Part shown: piece by piece, positions 51,778 to 62,668 of the stretch
How positions within the stretch are numbered: the first letter of the stretch is position 1
Layout of the letters: each line of letters opens with the position of its first letter
NCBI GenBank assembly: GCA_036172245.1
Contig: JAYWIR010000004.1
Coordinates: 5,270,001-5,334,000 of the forward strand
From: Raillietiella orientalis
Taxonomy: Eukaryota
Length of the DNA: 64,000 bases
Reading direction: 5' to 3'
The notes under the pieces: generated by a model
Database searches by the model: none
Seen by the model: only the letters and a program-made list of their open reading frames with translations
What the model was told of the DNA's origin: nothing
Translations under genes and position numbers: made by a program

Positions 51778-52399
51778 TCACCAGGAGGCCATGTGTGGTT
51801 ACCGGGGGGTGCGAGGCTGCGTTCCTGGGCGCAGGAAGGGACAAGAAAGCAGCACGCAGGCGGAGCGCTGCCTGCGCTGCCAGAGACCCGAGGGTGCACC
51901 GCTCCGGGCCAAGAGCTTCCAGCGCTGACGTCTGCCGTCGAGAGGGGAGGCGCCCCGATGCTGCGCGCGCATCCCCCACAGTTGTGCCGCCGCTGCCTCG
52001 TTCGCCCGCCTCGGTCCGGCTGTCCGCGGACACACTCGGGCCGACCCCTCGGGTGGTCCTCACCGGACCGCCGGCGAAGCCTCCAAGAGAAGCGGCGGCG
52101 ATTTTCCTGCGGCGCACGCTGACCTTCGGACTGGAGTGGGAGAACCCGACGTGGACTGCGTGCGGTCAGCCGCGGTCTACGCCTCCCAGGGGAAGACGTG
52201 CGAATCCTGCAGGAAGGGTCCATTGGGGCGTCGAAGACCGGACCCAGCGCGCCCGCGGCTTTCCGATTGTTCCCATGCAGCTAAGCACGCGTACTGCGTA
52301 GCTGCGTAGGAGGAAGAGGAAGGGTACGGGAGGAGGAACAAGGCGGAAGAAGGGAGGGAGGAGGGGGAGAGGAGCAAGAAGGAGAGCAGGGGAAGGAAG

Positions 52400-53000
52400 G
52401 CATGAGCGTACACGAAGCGTGGCGGCACGCATAACAAAGTGCACCCACACGAACGAGTGCGCATGCGCCAGCACACTTGGATGCATGACCTACGCGTACA
52501 TCCCGACTCACAGCTAAGTACAGTCTCGCGTTGCAAGTGTACAATTTCACGATCGCAAGATCACCATGCATCGTCTGTGTTCACAGGTGTTCACAGGTGT
52601 AAGGTTTTGCACATCTGGATTATACGAATCTACATTTACAGCTATACATTTTCCTGTCTGCTCATCTGCATGCTCTGTAGGTAGGTATGTACATGTACAT
52701 ATACATCTATGTGCATGCATGGATATGCGTATGTAGAAATGCGTAGTCCATTCATCTGTTCGTATGTACACACGTACACGCGTGTCCATCTACACCCGAA
52801 CTTGTGTAGACTCCCGCATACATTCACATCTATACATACACATGTGTACATATCGATGCACCGATCTACACGCAATATAGGTTTGTATACATTCACGTAT
52901 ACGTGCATCTGCGTATGTACGGATGTGAGCGTATGCGCGTGCGCGTGCCTGCGTGCGCTCGGGTATGTACAGCACCACTCATGAACTTGTACGCACGTAC
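52400..53000. repeat. Degenerate alternating purine-pyrimidine (CA/TA/TG/CG) tract
   Basis: For example ACATGTACATATACAT, TACACACGTACACGCGTGT, GTATGCGCGTGCGCGTG; lower GC than the flanks. Confidence 0.8.
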
Positions 53001-53149
53001 ATCCAGGGGAGCAGATGGATCGCTCGGGAGTGCGCTGCCTCGCTTCGCCTCCGCGCGCTTCGCCGAGGCAACGCTGGCTGTGGCGCTGTTTGCCTCGGCC
53101 TCTCTCAGCAGTCTCCCGGATCGCCCTGCCTAACGCGGCGTTCCCCTTA

Positions 53150-54850
53150 ATTGATGTTGATACACAGGAGTGAGGGGCCGCGGTGCCCCGGGAAGGGCGG
53201 CTCAGCCGCGCGCCGGCGGCGCGTCACAGGAGCCGCGCTTATCTTCGCGCGCCCATTTGCGTTGTCTCCTGGGCGGGATCAATTAAGGCGTGGGAAACTT
53301 CCGCCGGGAATTCCCGAAGAGGGTCCCGGAGCGCGCGCGATTTTCCTTGATGATCCCCCAAGCAGCTCCGGCCTCGCTGTGCAACCCTCCGCAGCTGCGT
53401 GATTGATCCCGGCTTCCTGTTTATTGGAATTCCCCCGAACGGCTATCGATTCCCCTTCCCGGGTCGCTCGCGGGGAGGGCTCGGGGACGGAGAGGGTGCG
53501 GGCCAGGGCACACACCCCGAATGATTTGCACCCGGGCCATCTCCCTAGACGGGGAGCACGCCTGGCGGCAGCTGAAAGGAGCCCCGCGGGCTTGGAACCA
53601 TCGCCAAGAGCAGAGGATTCCATCTTCGGACGCACGTGCAGAAGGACTTAGAAAACGCACGGGGTCAAGAGGGACGCTCGCGCCGCCGCCACCCCTTTCG
53701 AGCAGAAACGCACGCACGTGCGCGCGCGTTTCCCGTCTCCCGTCCTCCTCCGCCCTCCCTCCCCGCCAGCCCTGCAGCGTTCCTGCCGACCGGCGAACGC
53801 TGGTGCCGTGACCTCGCGGGAGAGGTTCCGGAAGGATCCCGAGGTCTTATCAGATCCCTTCTCGCCGTGCCCAGGAATGTGGCCTTGCACCCCCGGCAAT
53901 CATGCATGGCTTCCTGGCACCTCCTCCTCCCCCTCTTCCTTTCTTGCTCTTCCTCCTCCTCGTCGCTTGCAGGTACCTCGAAGCGATCCAGGAAGCCCCG
54001 TCGCCCAACCAAGGCAATGGATTACCCCAAGAGACTGGGGTAAAGTGGAGGGATGGGGAAGACGAGGAGGCTGCTCGCCGCCGGACCTCGGAGAGCGGCT
54101 GAGCTCCTGACGCCTCGCGTGAGCCTCCGAGAGCGCCTGCAGGTCATTCTGGTACCGCCGCCTGAAATCACTACAATCAGCACCCGGTTCCAGAAGCAGC
54201 CGAGACACCAGCAGCAGAAGCAGGAGCTCCTCTGTAGGGAGAGGGTGGGAGATGTTTCGCACATGCTTTGGGAACAAGCTCTGTTCCATTCACTACTTTC
54301 CTTCCGCCTCCAGGAGGCGCTCGTTGCAGGGTGCTCGACTGCACCTTCCCACCTCCTCTTCCTCCTCTTCTTCCCTTCCCCTTCCTCTTCATCACCATCC
54401 CGTAGCCAGTCCCTCTCCGCAATGAAATCCTCCGTGGTAGAAGAGTGTCAAATAGCCCTGGGCACCAGACCGTGACTTCGCTTCCCGTAGTCCGTTGCCA
54501 GTTTTGTGCACATCTTTTCTGGCATTTCCAAGTTTCTCGCTGCTGATCCGGGTCTACTGTAGTTTTCAGCCTCCCACGATTCTCTTTCTTCTTGCTTCTC
54601 TTTCTCTCTTTCTTCTTGCATTGGAATTTTTCCGCTATGAGGATTCCTTTGATTCTTCCGCAGACGACCATCTCGTCTGCGATCCTCCTAGCGTCAGTCC
54701 AGGCTTCTCTAGCGTGGATCACCCAAAGCCAACACTCTGCCGACTGGACAGCGCACCGGGGGGCTCCTTACGGAGCTCCCCCGCTGAGGGCGGACTCACG
54801 CCGTATCCAGAAACTGCGCAGACGTCCGCAGCACCGCGGAGCGGCGCGCC
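53150..54850 (+). mobile_element. 5'-truncated decayed LINE
   Basis: LRRGKLPPGI...IFLDD (53340-53354), AWNHR...DARAEGL, VPEGSRGL, RCQFCAHLFWH (~54493-54525). Confidence 0.7.
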
Positions 54851-56780
54851 TAGGCACGAGGCACACTCGAAGGGTCTGTGCTCCCGCACTCCCAACGCTC
54901 CTGGGAACGGGGGCAGTGAGGAGATGGAGCCATCTGGAAATTCAAGTGCTAGGAGACATGATGGACGTCGCGCTCAGGTCATTGCCCGGAGGCTCCTCTC
55001 TCCTCTTAAAGCGTCCTGGATGGCATGAGTGGCAGCGGTGCCCCTTGCTCCAGTGGGGGACGCGCACTCCCGCCACTCACGCGCTCATTAACGAACAGGC
55101 ACTCCGGCATGACCCCCCATCCTCGATTGCTGGGACACATGCTCTAAACAAATATATGCTACGGGGCTCTGAGGTGGCCATGGCTGTTGTCAACACTCCA
55201 TAGCCTTCTCCCTGCCTACAATCACTCTGTCCTCGTTCCTTCCGTAAACGGGGGGTGGGCCTCACCAGCACAAAGCCGACCCCCTCCTCTTCTTCACTCA
55301 GGTGGTTCAGACCTCGCGCAGCGGGGTCGGAGGGGAGGGCTCACTCAGGGTATCCGGACGGAAGGTGGCTCTCGAGGTTCGAACCTGCTTCCTCGCGACC
55401 GACGTCGCGTTTCCGGACCGCAGACTCGATTCAGGGGCTCTGACCCACCCGCTCAGGTAAGAACGGACCGGCCTCACAGCGTGCGACACGGCGGCTGCCG
55501 AGAAACTGCGTCGGACACGGAAGGGGGCAGGGGAGGTCGAGGTGCCCTACCCACAAATGGTTCGGAGGTTCCTCTGCGCCCCACGTCCCAGATTAAACCG
55601 TTTCGTGGTCCTTAGCAGGTGGACGGTAGCGACGGGCCTCTGCTCGCACGGGGCAAAGGGTCGCCAGCGAGGAGGCATCCGGTAGGTCAGGAGAGGTGAC
55701 CGCTTCTTGGAAAGGGTTCCCGTGTGGTAGCGACGCGCTCCCTCCCCACCCTTTCGCTTACGCGCGCCCCGAAGCGCTTCCTCCCTCCCGCTGCAGGAAC
55801 ATTCCTTGAGCGCTCTCCCCGCCGAGACGTGGAGACGTTTTCTCCCTTCGAAAGAGGCCCCGCTGGACCTGTGGCAAAATGGAAGCTTGTTGGTAACCAA
55901 GAGGGAGAGAAGAGGGGTCTTTCATAAAACCTCAGACCTTGGAGTTTTCCCGATGGATCCAGCGAGACTCGATCCATCTCTGCGGGTCCTGAGGGGTGCT
56001 TGCGAGCACGGCTTCGTTCATCCCATCCTAAGTGTTGAGCTTGACACCTCCCACGAGCAGGAAGTATCCATCTCTTCTTCATCTCGCCTGAGCGGGAGGG
56101 GACGCGCGGCATCCCGGATGGCCTCGTTCGGGGCCCCGGGAAGCAGACGCCAAAGATCTTTCCCAGAGTCGACTCATCCGGGAGGTTGTTGGCGGGTTCG
56201 ACTTTCCATGCGCCTCTGCCTTTCCAGTGGTGCCGTCCGCCACGAGTTCCCGTCGAATCGGTGGCGGGCCGTCCAGTCGTGTCCCTCCGGGAGCGAGACA
56301 GTTGCGCGGAGAGGATGACACTGACATCTCCCTCGCCTGCGGTCGCACGAGAGGCCGGACGCGAGCCCTCCGCTGCATTCCCCAAGAGAATGCGTGGAGG
56401 GCGTCACGCAGCCTCTCCGCCGCGAGTACCAACCTCCTAAAGGACGCCTGCGTCTGCGCCCGCCCGGCAGTGAACTCCCCTTGCCAGACAGGGGCTACTG
56501 AAGTTACTTGGATGGAAAAGGCACCCGCCATCGCCATCGCTACGAGATCGTCCCACCCTCTACCCACTTGCGGATCGATGGGTCCTCTCGCCTCGCTCCA
56601 GAAGACGGTGTATTCCTCATTTGGGGATTTCATTTCAAAGGGAGATGCCCGACGAGCAAGGGATGGGCTGCTCTTCGACTGGTGACAAGGTATGTGGAAG
56701 CTTCACCTGGACCATTTCTCCTTAGGCGCGCTCAATCCCAAATCCCCCCTCTTTGCGGGATCGCTCCCGCCAGCTGGCAC
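54850..56780 (-). mobile_element. Internally deleted LINE ORF2 (EN+RT), 3'-truncated; ORF1 may lie at ~57000-57800
   Basis: YTVFWS, GEGDVSVIL (~56310-56337), GRGAWKV, TLSKKRSP...WRPF (55655-55666), SGWVRA, SIYLFRACVP, ISRWLHLL. Confidence 0.75.
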
Positions 56781-58149
56781 CCGGGGTCAGGACAACTGCA
56801 TCGTCCTGAGCTGCCCTGAGCTCCGGGCGGTGTGGATCGACTCGTCGGGACGAGCCGGAGACGAGAGTCCGGCACGTGGGTCGACAGTTACAGATCGATG
56901 CAGAGTGAGACCAGAGCGATGGATGGTGATGGCAGGGGGAAGAAGGGAGGTGGAAGAAGAAGGGAAGAGGAGGAAGGGAGGAGGAGGTGAGAAGGAAGGA
57001 GAAGAAGGTGGGATAATTTGGATCAGGAGCAGAGGCATCAGAGGCACTTTGCCACCGTCTCCCTGGTCAGCGCGCACGAGCAGCGGCTGTCGACAGTGCG
57101 CAATGGCGTTGCCCAGAGGAAGCAGCGCCTGGAGAGAAAAGGAATCCCTCTTTGGCGCTCTCGGGTGCGTCAGTCGCGCTCCCTGCGGAGAGAGTCCTCC
57201 CTCCCCCCTCCACAACCTCTCCGGAGATCCGAAAAACAGATACTTCCGGCCTACCCGGGAGCTCAGGGCTCTTGTGTTCCTGCCCGTCGCTCACAGATAG
57301 AGGAGTCAGCCACCAGCCATTTCCGCCCCGCGAGCGACCTCGGATCGGTCCTTCCATGCTCTTCCACGACGAAGACTACGGCGACTCGCGCGCTTCGGAC
57401 CAGCCCGGGCATTCCGTTGCTTCGGAGGGACTCTTCCTGGGATGCGCCCGGATGTTGCATGAGTGTGCGACCAGCCTGCATTTCCTGGGACGTTTCTTCG
57501 GGATTTTTTGCTGGCAGATAGCTTTGCAGGAAGAAGACGCTTCCTCCTCTTCCATCCCTCCTCACTACCCTCCTCCCTTCTTCCCCTTCTTCTTCCCCTC
57601 TCCTCATCTTCCTCTTCCTCTTTTCCTCCTCCCTGTCTTCCTCCTCTGCTATATCCGGCCTCTTGAGGAAGACGGCAGGGCACCCCCTTCTCCCGCCACG
57701 CGTCTTTCCTGCTTCAGCAGTCCCACGGATCCGACCGCCCCCTTCGCGGACTCGGCGCAGGGACACGGCCGGAAGGCGCGAGATCTCTTCCTCCCCTTCT
57801 GCAGGGGTCTCTCACCCCACCCCGCCCGATGCTATCAGCGGTTTCGGCTGCTCTTGCAGGGAGGCAGGTGGGGGGGAGGCGGACGCGGAGCACCTGAGCG
57901 GAACGACGGGCCCAAAAATAGCGGAGCTGCCTCTCTTCTTCCTCCGCGTCCCCAGGGAGCGCCCTTCGCGGCATCCGGGAGCCGGGACGCGCTCGAGGTC
58001 GTCCGCGCGGGCAGGTTTGCCTACGGGGGCGCGCGGGCCGCGAGCGCTGACGACGCGCGCACCCCAGCCACGAAGACGTCACGTGTGCAAATCCGACGTC
58101 ACACACCGTCAGGGCACCGGCGTTCCAGTCGACTTTGATGAGGGCTCCA

Positions 58150-59900
58150 GCATGGCGACCACCTCGAGGAGGACTCTCTCTTCCTGGGGACACTGCGGAA
58201 GGCGGGCTTCGACCTTTCGAGGGGGAAGGCGCGGCGCAGGCTGCTGGAGCCATCCTGCGCCCCGAGGCGAGAAACCCCAGAGTCACGTTAGGAGACGCCG
58301 CCGCTGCCCCCCCTGATCAGCTCCGCCCTCCCGCGTCCACTCGGTGCCTCGCTGCCTCCGGCGCCAAGGACTCTCCGTGGCTCCACCTCTCATGGGACCA
58401 GTCTGCGATGCGTGCGCCGCTCCTACCCCCGCTCGACTTCCACCGCCGGCGCGGAGGGACCCAGAGGCGGCCTGGGACAGTGCTTCGGTCGTCCCCGTCC
58501 GCACGCGAGACCGGCTGGTCTCTTGCGCTCGGGGGCTTCCTGGAACAGCTGCCTCACCCATGCTCTCCTCGCGAGGGCCCTCCGTCTGCGGTCGCCGTTG
58601 CCCTAGGCGAGCGCCGGGAGACCCGTGGAAGATCAAAGCGCCTCACTCCCTCGCTCGGAGGAGCCTGGGCCCTGGGCAGCTCCCGGAAAGGGTACACAGA
58701 CACCCGGAGGAGGTCTTCCAGCTGCCCGGGAACGCCCCAAGTGTGCAGCACCTCGGAGCAGTCCCTGCCTCGGGTCGCCGTGGGCGCGCTCCCTCTCGCG
58801 GAAACGTTCGTGCCGTCGACCGGGATCCCAGCCGGCTCCTTCGGAGGACTTCCTCCCGGCTGTTTCTGCGGGGCGCGTGTCCGGCCGGGCTGGGACCCCG
58901 CTCCCGGGTCGCCGCGTATCGGGGAGATCGCCTACATACCGAGCGGGCGCGAGCACCGCCGCTCCCTCCGCGGCGTGGGCGGCGGCGGCGGCGGCGCGCG
59001 TCCCTGGAGCTCTCCCGGGACGTCTCGTCAGGCTCCCGGGCGCCGTCGCAGGGAGAGGCGCCTCCGGCGGCAGCGACGGGAAACTCGCGGTACCCGTCTG
59101 CGGCGGCGGCGGCGCGCGCGCGCGAGCGGGGGTTCCCGGACGGGCTCCGGGACGGGCGGGAAGGCCTCAGCTGGAGGAGGCGCGCTCGCTCGGCGGCTGA
59201 CCCGCAGAGCGGCGGCAGCACCCCCCGCGCGAGGAGGACGGCTCGGCCCCCGCCCCCGCCGCGCGTCGATCGGGTGCCCACGGCGAGCAGCAGGCAGGGA
59301 GGGCCCGCGACTGCCCCCCGCGCCGGATCGCAGCCCTCCGGACGCGCGGGAACGCTGAGGATGGCGGTCGCCCTGCAGCTGGAGAAGACGGCGTTCCTCC
59401 TGCTGGAGTTCGGTAGGCGGCGCTCGCGGCGCTGGGGGAGTCGAGGTGGCGCCGCCAGGGGTGGGCGGGCGGGAGGAGGAACAGGCGCGCTCTCTCTCGA
59501 GAGTTCACCCGGCGGTTCCGGGGTCGTCATCGAGGAGAGAGCGCCACTCCTCCCTCCCTCCTCCTACAGGGGGCCCGGCGGCGGCAAGGAGCTGCGCCAC
59601 CCGGACGCGCGCCTCCGAGGGCTCTGAGTGCGGCTGCACCCTCCGCTTCACCGTGGCCGGCCCTACCCGAGGAAAAAACATGGGAGGGTCGTTGGGGGAG
59701 GAGGGATGCCTCGCCACCGCAGCGAGCGCACCGCCGAGAGGTTGCCCCTGAGCGCTCTCGGGAGGGCGGCCCCCTCGGCAGTCTCCGAGGCAGGGGACCC
59801 ACCCGAGAGGGGGAAGGTGAGGTGTTATCCGCGCCCCTCTTCCCTTCCCTTCCTGTCCACTCTCTCGCCCCCACATGTTTCGACCTGACGACTGTCCTGG
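58150..59900 (+). mobile_element. Extremely GC-rich decayed LINE (RT to CCHC)
   Basis: GLRPFE...AIL...PPDQ, LSWDQSA, SARETGWSL..LEQL, VQHLGA, SRQGG, ALQLEK, ERTAERL. Confidence 0.6.
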
Positions 59901-60699
59901 AGGCTTCCTGGAGTCCCCTCCCCTCCCCTTTTATCCTTCCTCTCCGTCGGCGCCCCCACGAGGAGGTAGGCAGGGGGAAAAGTCCCTTTTCTTTCCCCAT
60001 CCCCCTTTCCTCCTCCTCCTCCTCCCATGGTGTTTCCCGCCCCTCCTCCAGAGGCGCGTGAGTTCTCCCGGGGGCGGTGTGGCGAATGAGGGCATTTGAC
60101 CCGCGAGGATCGACTAATCTTGACCTCCCCCCCTCTCCCTCCCCTCTCCTTTCTTGCCTCCCCTTCCCCCTCTGACCACGCAGCGCTCCTGGTGACCGGC
60201 ATGGTCCACGCAGAAGAGGAATGCCAAGGTAACAGCGGCATCTCGACTCCCTCGCCCCAAGGAGCCGCCTGCGCTCCCAGGGCGCAGGGAGGCGGCCCCT
60301 CTCCTCCTTCCTCTGCCTTTGGGGCAGGGGCGAGTGCCGTCCCCCTGACTTTTCCTCGGAGAGATTGAGGGCCACAGAGATCCGGCCACTGTTCCTTCTC
60401 TAGGGTCCAGGGCTTTTCAAAAGGAGAAGAGGGCAGGAGGATGGGGTTGCGCGCGCGGCCCTCCAGCGGGGGCGGCAGAGGGTTCCAGGGGAGCAGCAGC
60501 CCTGCCCGTTTTCCTTGGCGACGAGGCTTCCCCCTGGGAAGAGGGATCGACGGTCCCCTTCCCTCTCGCAGGGAAAGGAGGTGCGACCGACCCGGTCAGG
60601 GGAAACGGGGGGCTGCCCCGCGCGGCGCGCGCGCAAGCGCAGGAGACGCGTGGAGGAGGGAGGGAGGAAGAGGCGCTGTTTCCGGGGTAATGCCGGAGT

Positions 60700-62200
60700 C
60701 CGAGTTCTCTCCCCCCCCGGAGATCCGGAAACGTAGTCTGTTCCTGATGCTCCTCTTCGCTCCCGTCCTACCCCCCCCCCCCTCAAAAGGCCTACACATT
60801 GATGACGTCACGCTCCTGGCCCTTGCCCGCCTGGCTCATGGCGGACTCTCGATGGTGAAATCTTCTGGCAATCGCCAGGTCAAATTTCCCTTCTCCATCA
60901 GTTCCCACCCCCCATCCCTACCCCCATCTCTCCGCGCTTCGCCCCTTCCCGAACGGGAGCGCTCGCGGACTAGATGTCGCCACTTTCGGATGGCAGAGCT
61001 CGTCCCGCCACCGCCATCTCCCTGCGCGACTGCGAACTGCTACGAGCAGGCCAGCCTTCGGACATTCCGCACGCGCTCCCGTCAATATGGTAACCGCGCA
61101 AGTTTTGGGCGGACGAGGGAGGAGGGGGAGGGGGAAGGAGGAAGAGGGGGAGGGAGGAGAGCAGTGCAATTCAAGGATCTGTGCATTTTGAGAGAGAGCC
61201 CTCGGGAGTACCTCCGTGGCCCACGGGGCAGTGACGCGGCACCCGGAACTCAGAAGGGACGCGCAAACCCTAGAAACGCGGGAGCGTTCCCCTCACGGTC
61301 TGGGATCTTCTCGAGAGAGGAAGGACCCAGGTGGGTCCTCGGCTGATCCCACGGTGTCTGGCGCTCACCTTGGACAGTCCCTCAAGGCCTGGGAGGGCCT
61401 CCCAGCTCGGTCGAGTTGCCCGTTAACCATTGCGACGGCAGCCGTCATCTCGAGTGCCACGGCCTCTAGAAGACCCACGAGAAGAGAGGCGGGAGGGACG
61501 GACTCCTTGCGCGCTCTCCTCCTGCAGACTCAACGGCGGCTGCGCCGGGACGCGGCGGTCGTTCCGTGGAGCCTGGAGGGGCGGAGGAAGCGGAGGAACC
61601 GAGGGCAACTGCCCCGTCCTCCTTTGGCCCGTACTCTGGAGGTCCCCTCGGACGGCGGGCTCCGAATGAGGGCGCCCGGAGGCTGAGAAGCGTGCTTTAG
61701 AAGGACCCGCTACGAGTATCCGCAGGTGTCTTGCGTTGGCGAGAGAGCGCGTCTCCTTGGAAACCCTTCTCCCGTTCCCGCTCGGCGTGTCTCCCCCTTT
61801 CGCGAGGACGGGGGGAAAGGGTGGGAGGACAGCTGCTACCCGCGAGATGGACCAGAAGAAGCGGCGGTTTTTCCGCAGGAGCCACACCTTACCACGAGGA
61901 AGGAGTGCCAGGCTGGGGCGACCCTTCTAGAGCTTTGAGGACAAGGCCGGAGGGGCCTCCTAGAAACTGGGCGACCAGAGGACGACCTTCCTGGAGACCC
62001 GCTTCAGAGCCAGAGGGGTCGTCCTCCGATCCACTCGGCCCCCCTTGCTCAGGGTTCTCGACTGGCTGTTGGTTGCCTGGGAGACTCTCCCAAGGAACCT
62101 CTGTCAGGCCCTTGGTTTCTGGGGATCCCGGGAGATTTTCTCACAAACCTCCCTCGGGAAGATAGGAGTCCAAGGGAAGGGAGGATGCGCAGGGAGCGCG
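60700..62200 (+). mobile_element. Decayed LINE (RT end to CCHC region)
   Basis: LFLMLL...LHIDDVTL (60792-60815), EYLRG, LKAWEGL, LEVPSDGGLRM, WLLVAWETLP. Confidence 0.7.
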
Positions 62201-62668
62201 CCTTCCCCCCCATTACCCCCCCCCCCTCTCTTCACGTCTACCGCTCGTCTTCGCAGCGCTCGTCTTCGCGTCCGCAACGAAGGCGGACGCATCCGACACA
62301 ACGGCGGCAGCGGGGTCGCGAGTCAGCCAGATAGCTCGTTGGCGACGCCTTTTACTGCTTTCCACCCCCCACCCCGCCCCTCCTTGCCTCCGTCAAATCG
62401 AGCACGGATGTCTGCTTGCGCAACAGTGCGACCAGCCGCCACGACCGCCTCGCCGGCGTCGTCGCGGCAGTGCTGTTGCGCTACGGACGAAAATCCCGTG
62501 CTCGAAGAGAGTGTGCGGGATGCTGAGGGAACGATCTGTGGATGATGGCAGCAGGGCTGCAGACTACAAGTGCCTTTCCTCTTGTCACCTCGTCCATGTC
62601 ATCATTTCACGGTAATGTGATCCTGGAAAGTTTTTCCTCTCTCTCTCTCTCGTGAAACTAAGCAGCTC

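Larger units (their letters stand above)
47300..52300 (-). mobile_element. Full-length decayed L1/Tx1-like ORF2
   Basis: APQEN, PGDFS (GDF 51774-51782), FLSDH (SDH 51222-51230), GGIRRVSL, LGFP...RRDG...RVR, W...SLASRRPALV, LPCGG, VPKSHARF...GETLD. Confidence 0.75.
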
